Shown here one piece after another: positions 8,400-17,313 of a stretch of 64,000 nucleotides of DNA. The stretch covers positions 87,174 to 151,173 of the forward strand of contig CAYXGG010000001.1 in the NCBI GenBank assembly GCA_964464475.1. The letters are read 5' to 3'. Source of the stretch: an uncultured Planctomycetales bacterium (GTDB lineage: Bacteria; Omnitrophota; Gorgyraeia; Zapsychrales; JAHFFX01). Under the pieces are notes generated by a model. The model did not search any database and was not told the DNA's origin. It saw only the letters and a list, made by a program, of their open reading frames with translations. A program made the position numbers and the translations under genes. Position 1 is the first letter of the stretch. The number at the start of each line of letters is the position of its first letter.

Positions 8400-9692
8400 A
8401 TGGAAGAATTAAGTCAACAGGCCATTTCTCCGTTAAGTTATTTAAAAATATTTTTCAGGAGAAAAGAGTTACTTGTTGTCCCAATTTATGCGGGATTGAT
8501 CTTGGGTATTTGCGCTGGTTTAATACTGCCCAAGAAATACAAGTCGGCTACCATTATTTTGGTTGAAGAGGGAAAAACGGACAATCCCTTATTCGATAAG
8601 CTTGCCGTATCCACGAGTGTCAATCAAAGAATGAGAGCTATTCAGGAATCAATGTTGAGTTGGAATAGCTTGCTCAAGATGGTGAAAGTTTTGAACCTGG
8701 ATAAGGACGTTAAGAATCAGAGGGACTTGGAATTGTTAATTGAAGAGATTCGGGAAAAATTGTCAATAAAAATTAGAGGGCAGAATATTATTAACTTATC
8801 TTATGAAGGCGATGACCCGCGCACAACCCAAGCGGTCGTCAGGACAATTACAGAGATTTTTATTGAGCGAAATATTGGTATCCAAAATCAAGAAACTTCT
8901 GACGCCATTACTTTTATTGAGGCTCAGTTAAAAGTATATAAGAGTAAAATTAAATCTTCCGAAATTGCTCAACTACAGGATCAGCTTGACTCTCTTTTGG
9001 TGGATTCAACTGATTTGCATCCTCGAGTGAAAGAATTACGAGATAAAATTGATTTAAAGAGAAAAGAATTAGAGAAAGAAAAATTGGAATATACGACGGA
9101 TATAGGGTTTAAAGAAGAACCCAATAATCCTGTCATCGAAGAGATCAAAAAAGCCCTCGATAATTTGGAAACCAATACCGTTTCGTTGAATCCTGCCGCG
9201 AGTAAAGAGGGCGGAAAAGACATGTATAAAGTCATGCTGTTAGACAAAATGGAAAATGTCATGGCTCGCGATGCCGATGTGAATACTGCTATTTATAACA
9301 TGTTGTTGCAGCGATTGGAGACGGCAAAAATTACTCAGCGTTTGCAGGCATCCAAAGAGGGTACTAAATACACTATTCTTGACCCGCCTAGAATTCCGGT
9401 TGAACCATTTCAGCCTAACCGGCTGTTGGTTGCTTTTATGGGGCTCTTTTTAGGTGTTGTCGTTGGCGTGGGACTAGTCCTGATCTCGGAATTTTTGGAT
9501 AAATCATTTTTAGACGTTCAAGAAGCCAAGGAGTATTTGGGGACACCTTTACTTGGTGCCATTTCCAAAATTAATACGGTTGAGAGTATTCGTCAGGAAC
9601 GTGAATCTTCGGGATGGTTTGCCAGCTTGACCATTCTTACCGGAATTATTCTGGTTGTGATTACGGTGGTTGTTTCCAAACTCATTCATTAA
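8400..9692 (+). CDS. Polysaccharide co-polymerase / chain-length determinant (Wzc periplasmic module)
   Basis: N-terminal TM then PKKYKSATIILV, coiled coil, TDLHPRV, ILDPPRIPVEPFQPN, C-terminal TMs, LGTPLLGAI. Confidence 0.88.
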   Translation: MEELSQQAISPLSYLKIFFRRKELLVVPIYAGLILGICAGLILPKKYKSATIILVEEGKTDNPLFDKLAVSTSVNQRMRAIQESMLSWNSLLKMVKVLNLDKDVKNQRDLELLIEEIREKLSIKIRGQNIINLSYEGDDPRTTQAVVRTITEIFIERNIGIQNQETSDAITFIEAQLKVYKSKIKSSEIAQLQDQLDSLLVDSTDLHPRVKELRDKIDLKRKELEKEKLEYTTDIGFKEEPNNPVIEEIKKALDNLETNTVSLNPAASKEGGKDMYKVMLLDKMENVMARDADVNTAIYNMLLQRLETAKITQRLQASKEGTKYTILDPPRIPVEPFQPNRLLVAFMGLFLGVVVGVGLVLISEFLDKSFLDVQEAKEYLGTPLLGAISKINTVESIRQERESSGWFASLTILTGIILVVITVVVSKLIH

Positions 9693-9710
9693 GGCTTACG
9701 GAGAATCGGA

Positions 9711-10604
9711 ATGTATTTGCAATATTATGGTTTTCAGGAACCGCCCTTTAATATAACGCCGAATTCGCGATTCTTTTTCGCGAGTACCAAGCATACGGAA
9801 GCATTGAATACGATGGTGTACGCTATTTCGGAGCGTAAAGGGTTTGTGGTTATTTCCGGGGATATTGGCTCTGGCAAGACAACGGTTTGCCGTACGCTCG
9901 TCAATCAGCTTGATTCTCGAACTCAGGTCGCGCTGATCACCAATACTTTGCTTAGCGGTCGGGATTTATTGACGGCTATTCTCGATGATTTGGAAATTGA
10001 TTATCGACCAGGTTCAAAAGCTAAATTATTGTCACAGCTTAACGATTATCTTATTCAACAGCTAAAAGATGATAATAATGTGGTGCTCATTATTGATGAA
10101 GCTCAGAATTTAACGCCGTCTTGTTTAGAAGAAGTACGATTGCTTTCTAATTTGGAGACGGAAAACGAAAAATTGATTCAAATTATTTTTCTCGGTCAGC
10201 CAGAGTTGAAAAAGAAATTGGCATTGGCGAGGTTAGAGCAGTTAAGGCAACGAATCGCGGTATATTATCACTTAAGTCCGTTAACGATTGAAGAAACCTT
10301 TGACTATATTTTGCATCGTTTAAAGGTGGCTAGTGGTTCAGATCGGAAGTTTTTTACTGACGGAGCGTTGGATCTTATTTACAAATTTTCTAGGGGTGTT
10401 CCCCGCTTAGTTAATCAGATTTGTGACAGTTCTTTGTTGAGTGGTTATGTCGCTGAAGCTACGATAATCGATGAGAAGATTCTACATGAAGTCATCGCGG
10501 AATCTCCTATGACGCTAATTGCTGGAGAGGTCCGAGTGTCTTCCTCTAAAGAGTCTACACCCCCAGCTGCGGAAGATTTAACTAAGCTGTATTTTAAAGG
10601 CTAG
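9711..10604 (+). CDS. ExeA/GspA-like AAA ATPase of the type found in PEP-CTERM EPS loci
   Basis: MYLQYYGFQEPPFNITP, Walker A GDIGSGKT, IIDEAQNL, GQPEL, GVPRLVNQICD. Confidence 0.9.
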   Translation: MYLQYYGFQEPPFNITPNSRFFFASTKHTEALNTMVYAISERKGFVVISGDIGSGKTTVCRTLVNQLDSRTQVALITNTLLSGRDLLTAILDDLEIDYRPGSKAKLLSQLNDYLIQQLKDDNNVVLIIDEAQNLTPSCLEEVRLLSNLETENEKLIQIIFLGQPELKKKLALARLEQLRQRIAVYYHLSPLTIEETFDYILHRLKVASGSDRKFFTDGALDLIYKFSRGVPRLVNQICDSSLLSGYVAEATIIDEKILHEVIAESPMTLIAGEVRVSSSKESTPPAAEDLTKLYFKG

Positions 10605-10611
10605 AATTTTA

Positions 10612-11376
10612 ATGAGTAAACTGATTAAGGCACAAGATTATTCCACTCGTCCCAACAAGGTTAATACTCCTCAATCACAACCTCGTGAGACGGCGCAGGA
10701 GTCGTTATCGGCTCAGGATCCCAAAACAGTTAATAGTCCGGTCCTGGATCCTGCCGCGTTAGTGATGACCGAATCAGTAGTTAGTCATGCCGCTGATGCG
10801 GTGCCTCAAGGAAATTATTTAGAAGTTGAGGAAAGTCATAAAGTTAAGAGCTTGAACAAAACGGTGATGTTTTTATTTTTCTTAATAGCATTTTTAGCTA
10901 TTTCGTTCGCGTTGATTACTTACCGTATGATGGACGAAGTGACCAAAAGTCGTGAAGCCAACCAGAAGATTGCGCAGTCTGTTGCTTTACTGGAAAATCG
11001 TCATAAAGAATTTCAACAGCGTATTCAGTTATTGTTGACTCAATCTGCTCAAGAATTTGCTGGTCTAAGAGCTCAAACTGAAGATGTGAGCAAAACTGTT
11101 CAGGCCCAGGGAAATAAACTCGTGGATATTTCTTCGGGGCAGGAATCTTTATTGTCTGACATTGTTGAGAATAAACAGCATTTGGCCAATCGGGACTTAA
11201 CGATGCAAGAATTGACTACGCAGCAAGGTGATCTAGCTGGTCGCCTGAAGGTTCTGGAGAAAGCGGCAAATGAACTGCAGAGCAGACTGAGTGAAATTAA
11301 GAGCAACCCTGTATTGACTGATCCCGCGGAGGTCTTAAGAGACGCCGATCAGCTGTTAAATAGCCCTTCGCAATAA
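10612..11376 (+). CDS. Single-TM coiled-coil protein of unknown function
   Basis: Disordered N-terminus, TM VMFLFFLIAFLAISFALI, long Q/E/L heptad region. Confidence 0.7.
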   Translation: MSKLIKAQDYSTRPNKVNTPQSQPRETAQESLSAQDPKTVNSPVLDPAALVMTESVVSHAADAVPQGNYLEVEESHKVKSLNKTVMFLFFLIAFLAISFALITYRMMDEVTKSREANQKIAQSVALLENRHKEFQQRIQLLLTQSAQEFAGLRAQTEDVSKTVQAQGNKLVDISSGQESLLSDIVENKQHLANRDLTMQELTTQQGDLAGRLKVLEKAANELQSRLSEIKSNPVLTDPAEVLRDADQLLNSPSQ

Positions 11377-11406
11377 GATTTTTATTAAGAAAGGATTTCA
11401 ATAGTC

Positions 11407-12192
11407 ATGGGAAAGATAACAAGTGCTTTAAAAAAGGCGGCAGAAGACAGGATTTCACGAATTGATAAAATCGCCAAGATTAAGGAAGACAGTAAGCTGA
11501 TTGTCAAGAAAGTCGGCGATTCTAAAGTCGATAGCCGGATTGTCTCTTATTTTGATCCGAAAGCGTTGATCACTGAGCAATATAAAGTGCTTCGCACCAA
11601 CTTCCTTTCCTTGAATAAAGGACGTCCACCCAAAACATTAATGATAACGAGTTCGTTGCATTCTGAAGGAAAGACTCTGACGGCTTTGAATTTGGCTATT
11701 TGTTTGGCCCAATCTGTTCATAAGCCAAAGGTATTGTTGATTGATGCCGATATGCGTCGTGGAAGAATTTGTAAATATCTTGGGGTGCATCATGAAAAAG
11801 GATTGAGTGATGTATTAAGCGGAAAGATCGCATTAGAAGATGCGTTATTTCATCTTGATTTGGAAAATTTAACGTTGATGGCTTGTGGTGCGGTGCCTCA
11901 TAATCCGGCGGAACTTTTGTCTTCGGATCAAATGCGAGCTTTGCTACAGGAATTGCGGGGCAGATATGATTATGTATTGATTGACGCGCCGCCAGTCGTT
12001 GCCGTGACCGACGCCGGTATCATAAGCGCGATGGTGGAGGGTGTTTTGATGATTATTCAAGCGGGGCGGACTCAACGTGGGATCGTTGATCGGTCGTTAG
12101 AATTGCTGCAGCAAGCGCATGCCAACGTGGTCGGGCATGTTCTTACCAATATCGAGTATCACTTACCAGAGTACATTTACCGGTATTTGTGA
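11407..12192 (+). CDS. CpsD/CapB-family (BY-kinase) tyrosine kinase
   Basis: EQYKVLRTN, ITSSLHSEGKT, LLIDADMRR, PHNPAELL, IDAPP, C-terminal Tyr cluster EYHLPEYIYRYL. Confidence 0.92.
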   Translation: MGKITSALKKAAEDRISRIDKIAKIKEDSKLIVKKVGDSKVDSRIVSYFDPKALITEQYKVLRTNFLSLNKGRPPKTLMITSSLHSEGKTLTALNLAICLAQSVHKPKVLLIDADMRRGRICKYLGVHHEKGLSDVLSGKIALEDALFHLDLENLTLMACGAVPHNPAELLSSDQMRALLQELRGRYDYVLIDAPPVVAVTDAGIISAMVEGVLMIIQAGRTQRGIVDRSLELLQQAHANVVGHVLTNIEYHLPEYIYRYL

Positions 12193-12247
12193 TTCTTTAA
12201 CAATAGAGAAAAGTAATAATTAGTTTTTAGAGAAAGGAAAGTTTATT

Positions 12248-13195
12248 ATGGCAAAGTTTTTGATTACAGGTGGTGCTGGTTTTATTGGCTCGAATATTGC
12301 CGAGTTCTTAATCAAAAAAGGACATTACGTTAGAGTTTTGGATAATTTTTGTTCCGGGAAAATGACCAATTTGGCATTTGCCAAAGGATTAGGTAAGAGC
12401 CGTTTTGAATTAATTAGAGGGGACTTGCGCGATAAAAAAGATTGTGATCGCGCGACGAAAGGCATTACGTATATTTCTCATCAAGCCGCACTCCGGTCTG
12501 TCCCTAAATCAATGTCCGATCCGGAAAGTTATAATGACGTCAATATTAACGGCACGCTATATCTATTGCAGGCTGCGTCAAAAAATAAAGTAAAGCGCCT
12601 GGTCATGGCATCCTCTAGTTCGGTTTATGGTGATACGGATCAATTCCCTCAGGAAGAATCACAATATCCGTTACTCATTTCCCCTTACGCTTTAAGCAAA
12701 TTGACTAATGAATACTATTGTCGAATTTTCTCTAAATTCTTTGGGGTCGAAACGGTGTGCTTGCGGTATTTTAATGTCTTTGGCCCTAAACAAGCTTTGG
12801 ACGATGAATATGCTGTGGTTATTCCGAAATTCATTCATTGCATATTGAATGATCAACCGCCACCCATTTTTGGTAACGGTAAGCAGTCCCGGGATTTCAC
12901 CTATATTGATAATGTGGTTCAGGCCAATTATCTTTCGGCAATCACCCCAGGTATTCAACATGAGGTTTTTAATGTTGCCAACGGTAGAGATAACACGGTC
13001 TTAAACTTGGTTGAGGTACTGAATAAGATTATTGGTAAGAAAATTAAGCCTAAGCTTTTGCCGATTCGCAAGGGCGATGTTTTTAAAACACAGGCCGATA
13101 TTAGCAAAATAAAAAAGAGACTCAAGTTTAACCCAAGTGTTAGTTTTGAGGAAGGTTTAAGGAAGACCGTCGCTTATTTTAGAGAAATTTTGTAA
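12248..13195 (+). CDS. NAD-dependent nucleotide-sugar epimerase (SDR, WbpP-like UDP-GlcNAc 4-epimerase)
   Basis: TGGAGFIG, HQAALRSVPKS, ASSSSVYG, YALSK, LRYFNVFGP, RDFTYIDNVV. Confidence 0.88.
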   Translation: MAKFLITGGAGFIGSNIAEFLIKKGHYVRVLDNFCSGKMTNLAFAKGLGKSRFELIRGDLRDKKDCDRATKGITYISHQAALRSVPKSMSDPESYNDVNINGTLYLLQAASKNKVKRLVMASSSSVYGDTDQFPQEESQYPLLISPYALSKLTNEYYCRIFSKFFGVETVCLRYFNVFGPKQALDDEYAVVIPKFIHCILNDQPPPIFGNGKQSRDFTYIDNVVQANYLSAITPGIQHEVFNVANGRDNTVLNLVEVLNKIIGKKIKPKLLPIRKGDVFKTQADISKIKKRLKFNPSVSFEEGLRKTVAYFREIL

Positions 13196-13209
13196 GCGTA
13201 AAGAATAAA

Positions 13210-13995
13210 ATGATTAAGAACATTAAAGAAATCATACAGTATCGTGATTTGCTGTGGATGCTGATTATTAGGGATATTCGCATAAGGTACAAACAGGCGG
13301 CTATGGGATTCTTATGGGCGATTTTTATGCCCATCGTGGCCATTTCCGCAGGGATCATTATAAAAAAGGCTATGGCGGTTGTGTCCGGGCAGTACTTTGA
13401 TGAGAAAGTCATCGTATCGATTACTTTTAAAGTACTGCCTTGGACCTTTTTTGTCAGTTCAATCAGGTTTGCGGTGCAGAGTTTGGTAGGTAATGGAGTG
13501 CTGCTTACTAAAATTTATTTCCCGAGGGCCGTCTTACCCTTTGCTTCGACGGCAGCTTGTTTTTTCGATCTATGCATGGCCTCGCTGGTCATTCCGGTAC
13601 TTATCCTAATTTTTAAAATAGAGGTATCCTTGGTATTTTTGTGGCTACCGCTAATACTCTTGTTTGTCGTTCTTTTTACTTTGGGGGTCGGTTTAATTCT
13701 TTCTGCGACGAACCTCTTCTATCGTGATGTAAAGTATATTGTCGAAATCATTTTGATGTTCGGGATTTTCTTTACGCCGGTTTTTTATGAAGCACATTCT
13801 ATGGGGAATTTGAAGAACCTGATTTTATTAAATCCGATAGGTGCATTATTGGACTCAATTTATCATGTTACAGGCCTACTACAGGCTCCAGATTTACTGT
13901 GGTTGATGTATGGAGGGGCTACTTCATTGATCGTTTTCTTTTTTGGTTTTTATGTTTTTAGCCGGTTAGAACCTAATTTTGCTGAGAATGTTTGA
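13210..13995 (+). CDS. ABC-2 polysaccharide exporter permease (Wzm) no. 1
   Basis: RDIRIRYKQAAMGFLW, KIYFPR, YRDV, FFTPVFY, LNPI. Confidence 0.9.
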   Translation: MIKNIKEIIQYRDLLWMLIIRDIRIRYKQAAMGFLWAIFMPIVAISAGIIIKKAMAVVSGQYFDEKVIVSITFKVLPWTFFVSSIRFAVQSLVGNGVLLTKIYFPRAVLPFASTAACFFDLCMASLVIPVLILIFKIEVSLVFLWLPLILLFVVLFTLGVGLILSATNLFYRDVKYIVEIILMFGIFFTPVFYEAHSMGNLKNLILLNPIGALLDSIYHVTGLLQAPDLLWLMYGGATSLIVFFFGFYVFSRLEPNFAENV

Positions 13996-14070
13996 TCGTG
14001 GTTTTAGTTTAGCTAAATAAAAGACAGCAAAACTAATTACCAAATAAGTTTGTGGAAAGGCAAAGTCATT

Positions 14071-15321
14071 ATGAGTGAAGCTGTCATTCAGTTCAAAAAT
14101 GTTTGGAAAAAATTTCAAAAGGGAGAAAAGTTTAACTCTATCCGCGACGCGTTTCCTGCTTTCTTAAACAATCTGGTCAAAAAGAGTAACGGACAAACTG
14201 AGTTAAGAAGTAAGGAATTTTGGGCTTTAAAGAATGTTGATTTTGAGATCAAAAGGGGTGAGGTGGTTGGGGTCTTAGGGCCTAACGGAGCCGGAAAAAG
14301 TACAATCTTGAAGCTGTTATCTCGGATCATGTTCCCGAATCAAGGGAAAATCAATATTAAAGGAAGATTAGCCGCATTAATTGAAGTCTCTGCCGGCTTT
14401 CATCCTGATTTGACGGGACGGGAAAATGTTTATTTGAATGGGACTGTCTTAGGGATGAAAACCCGTGAAATTGATAAGAAATTTGAAGAAATAGTGGACT
14501 TTTCGGGAGTGGAAGAATTCATCGATACACCGGTTAAACGCTATTCTTCGGGTATGTATTCCCGATTGGGTTTTGCTGTTGCCGCTTACATGGATCCTGA
14601 GATCTTATTAGTTGATGAGGTTCTTTCAGTGGGAGACAGTTCTTTTCAAGCGAAGTGTGCGGAGAAAATGCGCGAGCTGTTAAACGGGGGCGCAACCATC
14701 CTCTTGGTTTCGCACAACTTACCATTAATTCAAAGTATGTGTAAGCGCGGTATATTGCTATTAAAAGGAGAAGTCGTTAAGGACGGCCCGATTGCGGAAG
14801 TTTTGCCCTATTATGAAACCGTGATTATTAAAAGTCGAGAACGGCAACTTCTGGAAAAACATCAGGAGAATGTTGAGTTAGGGTTAGCTACTGTTAAAGA
14901 AACTGACATGACTATTGAGGAAGTTCGATTGTTGGATCACCTTGGAAACAAGAAAGACATTTTTACTCTGGGTGAGCAAATTCAAATGGAAATTAATATC
15001 TCTTCCAAAAATGTAATCGAACAGCCATTGTTTAAAGTCGAAATATTGCGTTCAGATGGAGTGGTGTGTTGTGCTGCGAATTCTAAAGATGCTCAATTTC
15101 ATGTGCAGTCTGTTCATAAATCATTAAAGATAAAATTAGATTGGGCAAATTTATTTCTGGCACCGGACATTTATCTGATGAAGGTTTCTGTTTGTGATAA
15201 GGAACTCATCCATACCCATGCGACGCGTTGTCAGGACGTTTTGAAATTTCAAGTAGATCGAGAACGGTTAATTACCAATGCGGTCATGATCCCTGATGTC
15301 AAATGGAGCACAATGAGTTAA
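14071..15321 (+). CDS. ABC polysaccharide exporter ATPase (Wzt) no. 1 with C-terminal carbohydrate-binding domain
   Basis: GPNGAGKST, PDLTGRENV, YSSGMYSRLGF, DEVLSVGD, VSH; ~170 aa C-terminal extension. Start at ATG 14071. Confidence 0.92.
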   Translation: MSEAVIQFKNVWKKFQKGEKFNSIRDAFPAFLNNLVKKSNGQTELRSKEFWALKNVDFEIKRGEVVGVLGPNGAGKSTILKLLSRIMFPNQGKINIKGRLAALIEVSAGFHPDLTGRENVYLNGTVLGMKTREIDKKFEEIVDFSGVEEFIDTPVKRYSSGMYSRLGFAVAAYMDPEILLVDEVLSVGDSSFQAKCAEKMRELLNGGATILLVSHNLPLIQSMCKRGILLLKGEVVKDGPIAEVLPYYETVIIKSRERQLLEKHQENVELGLATVKETDMTIEEVRLLDHLGNKKDIFTLGEQIQMEINISSKNVIEQPLFKVEILRSDGVVCCAANSKDAQFHVQSVHKSLKIKLDWANLFLAPDIYLMKVSVCDKELIHTHATRCQDVLKFQVDRERLITNAVMIPDVKWSTMS

Positions 15322-15343
15322 TAGTAATTTTAATTCTATCTTT

Positions 15344-15375
15344 AACCGATCCAATCTATTGAGATCGGTTTTTTT
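15344..15375 (+). terminator. Intrinsic terminator-like hairpin inside the operon
   Basis: AACCGATC-CAATCTATTG-A-GATCGGTT followed by a T run. Confidence 0.65.
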
Positions 15376-15387
15376 GTAATAAGACTC

Positions 15388-17313
15388 ATGATTGACCCAA
15401 ATAAAAAAATTATAGTGCTGTTTCGCAATGATGATCCCGGCGCGCTAAGCAATCCTGAAAAGGAGAAGCGAATTTTGGGGCTCTTTGCTCAATATAACGT
15501 ACCACAGGTATTGGCGGTTATCCCCAATAATATCGAAAATCCCCATTCTTGGTTGCATGGGAAGACCCATTGGCTAGATGAAAATCCTGAACTTATCAAG
15601 TTGCTTCAGGATCACCAGTCGAGGGGTTTAGTGGAGGTGGCTCAACATGGGTTTACCCATCAGACTAACCGATTCCGCCCAAGTATTCGGGAAGAACTAA
15701 CGAACACTAAGTTTTATGCCGGCATTGATCGAAAGTGGTCAGATTATCAACCAGCGCATCCTGAAGGTTATAGTGAGTTTAGCGGTCTTTCTGAGGAAGA
15801 ACAGCGCCAGAGGATTCAATCCGGCCAGGATTATTTAACTAAACACTTTGGTAAGTTGCAGTCCTTTATCTTTCCCTGGAACACGTTTGATTCAACGTCA
15901 TTGAAGATTCTAGAAGAAATGAATTTTAAATATGTGCCAGGAGAGGAAGATGAGTTAAGTTACCCGGGACTTTGCGTGATTGGCGCGTGCAATTGGGACT
16001 GGCATATTGATGATTTTAAAAAATTGTTAAAGAAATTGGAAAGTCTTTCGGGGCGATATTTAGTTCAATTTGGATACCACTCTTGGGAAATAAATGATGA
16101 GATGATTGCCAAGATCGAAGACCTTTTAAAGTATGTTACTAATAATAGCCATTACGGATGCATCTTGCCAAATCAACTGCCGTCGCTGAAGGTTGACTTC
16201 TCAGAAGTCGCCCAGCTAAGGAGAAAATGGATCGATTGTAATTTGAGCTTAAATTTATTTCTCAAAGATCAATTTGAAATTCCAAAATATTACATCTTGT
16301 CGCCTTCCTGGTATAAGTTGCGCATTCTTAAATGCCAGCTATTTAGTTTTATATTCAAGAAATTAGGTCTGGCTCGATGGTATTTAGGGATGTTAGTCGG
16401 ATTTCTGTTTTTCTTGATATGGTCGATGTTAAGAGTTAAGGCCAATGAGTTTAACTTTATAGATGTTTTTCCGGGGGTCATTCTTATGCTTGGAGTACGC
16501 TTTGCGTACTGGTTAAGCGCCCGAACGCATCAGAAGTTATCGTTGAAAATGGTTATAAAATCAGTTTTAAAAAGATTTTTTTCTGAATCAGCTGGCGTAG
16601 ATATCCCTTCAGTGGAGGCTGTTCAGCCAAACCAAGAAAAGAATAGTGAGTTGAAAATTGGAGTAGGCAAGGTCAACTTTGGGGACTTTAACCGAGTAAC
16701 TCCTATTGGGCTTTATTTTGGGGCTGAAAGGGGAACGCCGATAGACCGTTTGTATATTGAGAAATTTTTGAAAGCTCATTCAGCATGCGTTCGAGGAACG
16801 GTTTTAGAATTAGAAGACAATCAGTATACGCGTATTTTTGGAGGCGCTAATGTTACTCAGAGTGATGTATTGAACCTTGATCCCGGAAATCCGCGGGCCA
16901 ACATCATCGGGGACCTGATTAAAGATAGAAATTTGCTGGGTGAAGGTAAGTACGATTGCATCATTATGACCCAAGCTCTTTTTATGATGTATGAATTGCA
17001 GGCAGCAGTTGCTAACCTGTACCGGAGTTTGAAGCCGGGTGGTGATTTGTTGATTACGGTCCCGGGGATCGCCCAGTGGTTAGATAATGAAGGGGCCAGT
17101 TGGGATGATCTGTGGCGATTTACCAGGGCTTCAGTCAGAAAATTATTGGCGGAGAAATTTCCGGAACAAAATATTTCGGTCACGAGTTACGGAAATATTT
17201 ATGTCGCGGTTTCGCTTTTGCATGGTTTGGCATTGGAAGAATTGGATCCTAAGAAATGTGAATTTCAAGACAATAATTATGAGGTCATCCTTGGGGCTCG
17301 CGCTCAAAAATAA
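15388..17313 (+). CDS. Fusion: polysaccharide deacetylase-like (DUF2334/NodB-type) domain, 2 TM helices, class I SAM methyltransferase-like domain
   Basis: N-terminal FRNDDP, AQHGFTH, FIFPWN; two hydrophobic helices; C-terminal GAERGTPIDRLYIEKFL, YDCIIMTQ, LKPGGDLLITVPG. Confidence 0.75.
   Translation: MIDPNKKIIVLFRNDDPGALSNPEKEKRILGLFAQYNVPQVLAVIPNNIENPHSWLHGKTHWLDENPELIKLLQDHQSRGLVEVAQHGFTHQTNRFRPSIREELTNTKFYAGIDRKWSDYQPAHPEGYSEFSGLSEEEQRQRIQSGQDYLTKHFGKLQSFIFPWNTFDSTSLKILEEMNFKYVPGEEDELSYPGLCVIGACNWDWHIDDFKKLLKKLESLSGRYLVQFGYHSWEINDEMIAKIEDLLKYVTNNSHYGCILPNQLPSLKVDFSEVAQLRRKWIDCNLSLNLFLKDQFEIPKYYILSPSWYKLRILKCQLFSFIFKKLGLARWYLGMLVGFLFFLIWSMLRVKANEFNFIDVFPGVILMLGVRFAYWLSARTHQKLSLKMVIKSVLKRFFSESAGVDIPSVEAVQPNQEKNSELKIGVGKVNFGDFNRVTPIGLYFGAERGTPIDRLYIEKFLKAHSACVRGTVLELEDNQYTRIFGGANVTQSDVLNLDPGNPRANIIGDLIKDRNLLGEGKYDCIIMTQALFMMYELQAAVANLYRSLKPGGDLLITVPGIAQWLDNEGASWDDLWRFTRASVRKLLAEKFPEQNISVTSYGNIYVAVSLLHGLALEELDPKKCEFQDNNYEVILGARAQK

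Noticed and set aside
17087-17278. Long N-terminal overlap of the 825-aa ORF with the upstream gene
   Set aside because: Probably ORF-caller extension, as with the 3229, 5079, 7489, 29357, 52693, 58422 and 60585 starts; downstream starts fit better.
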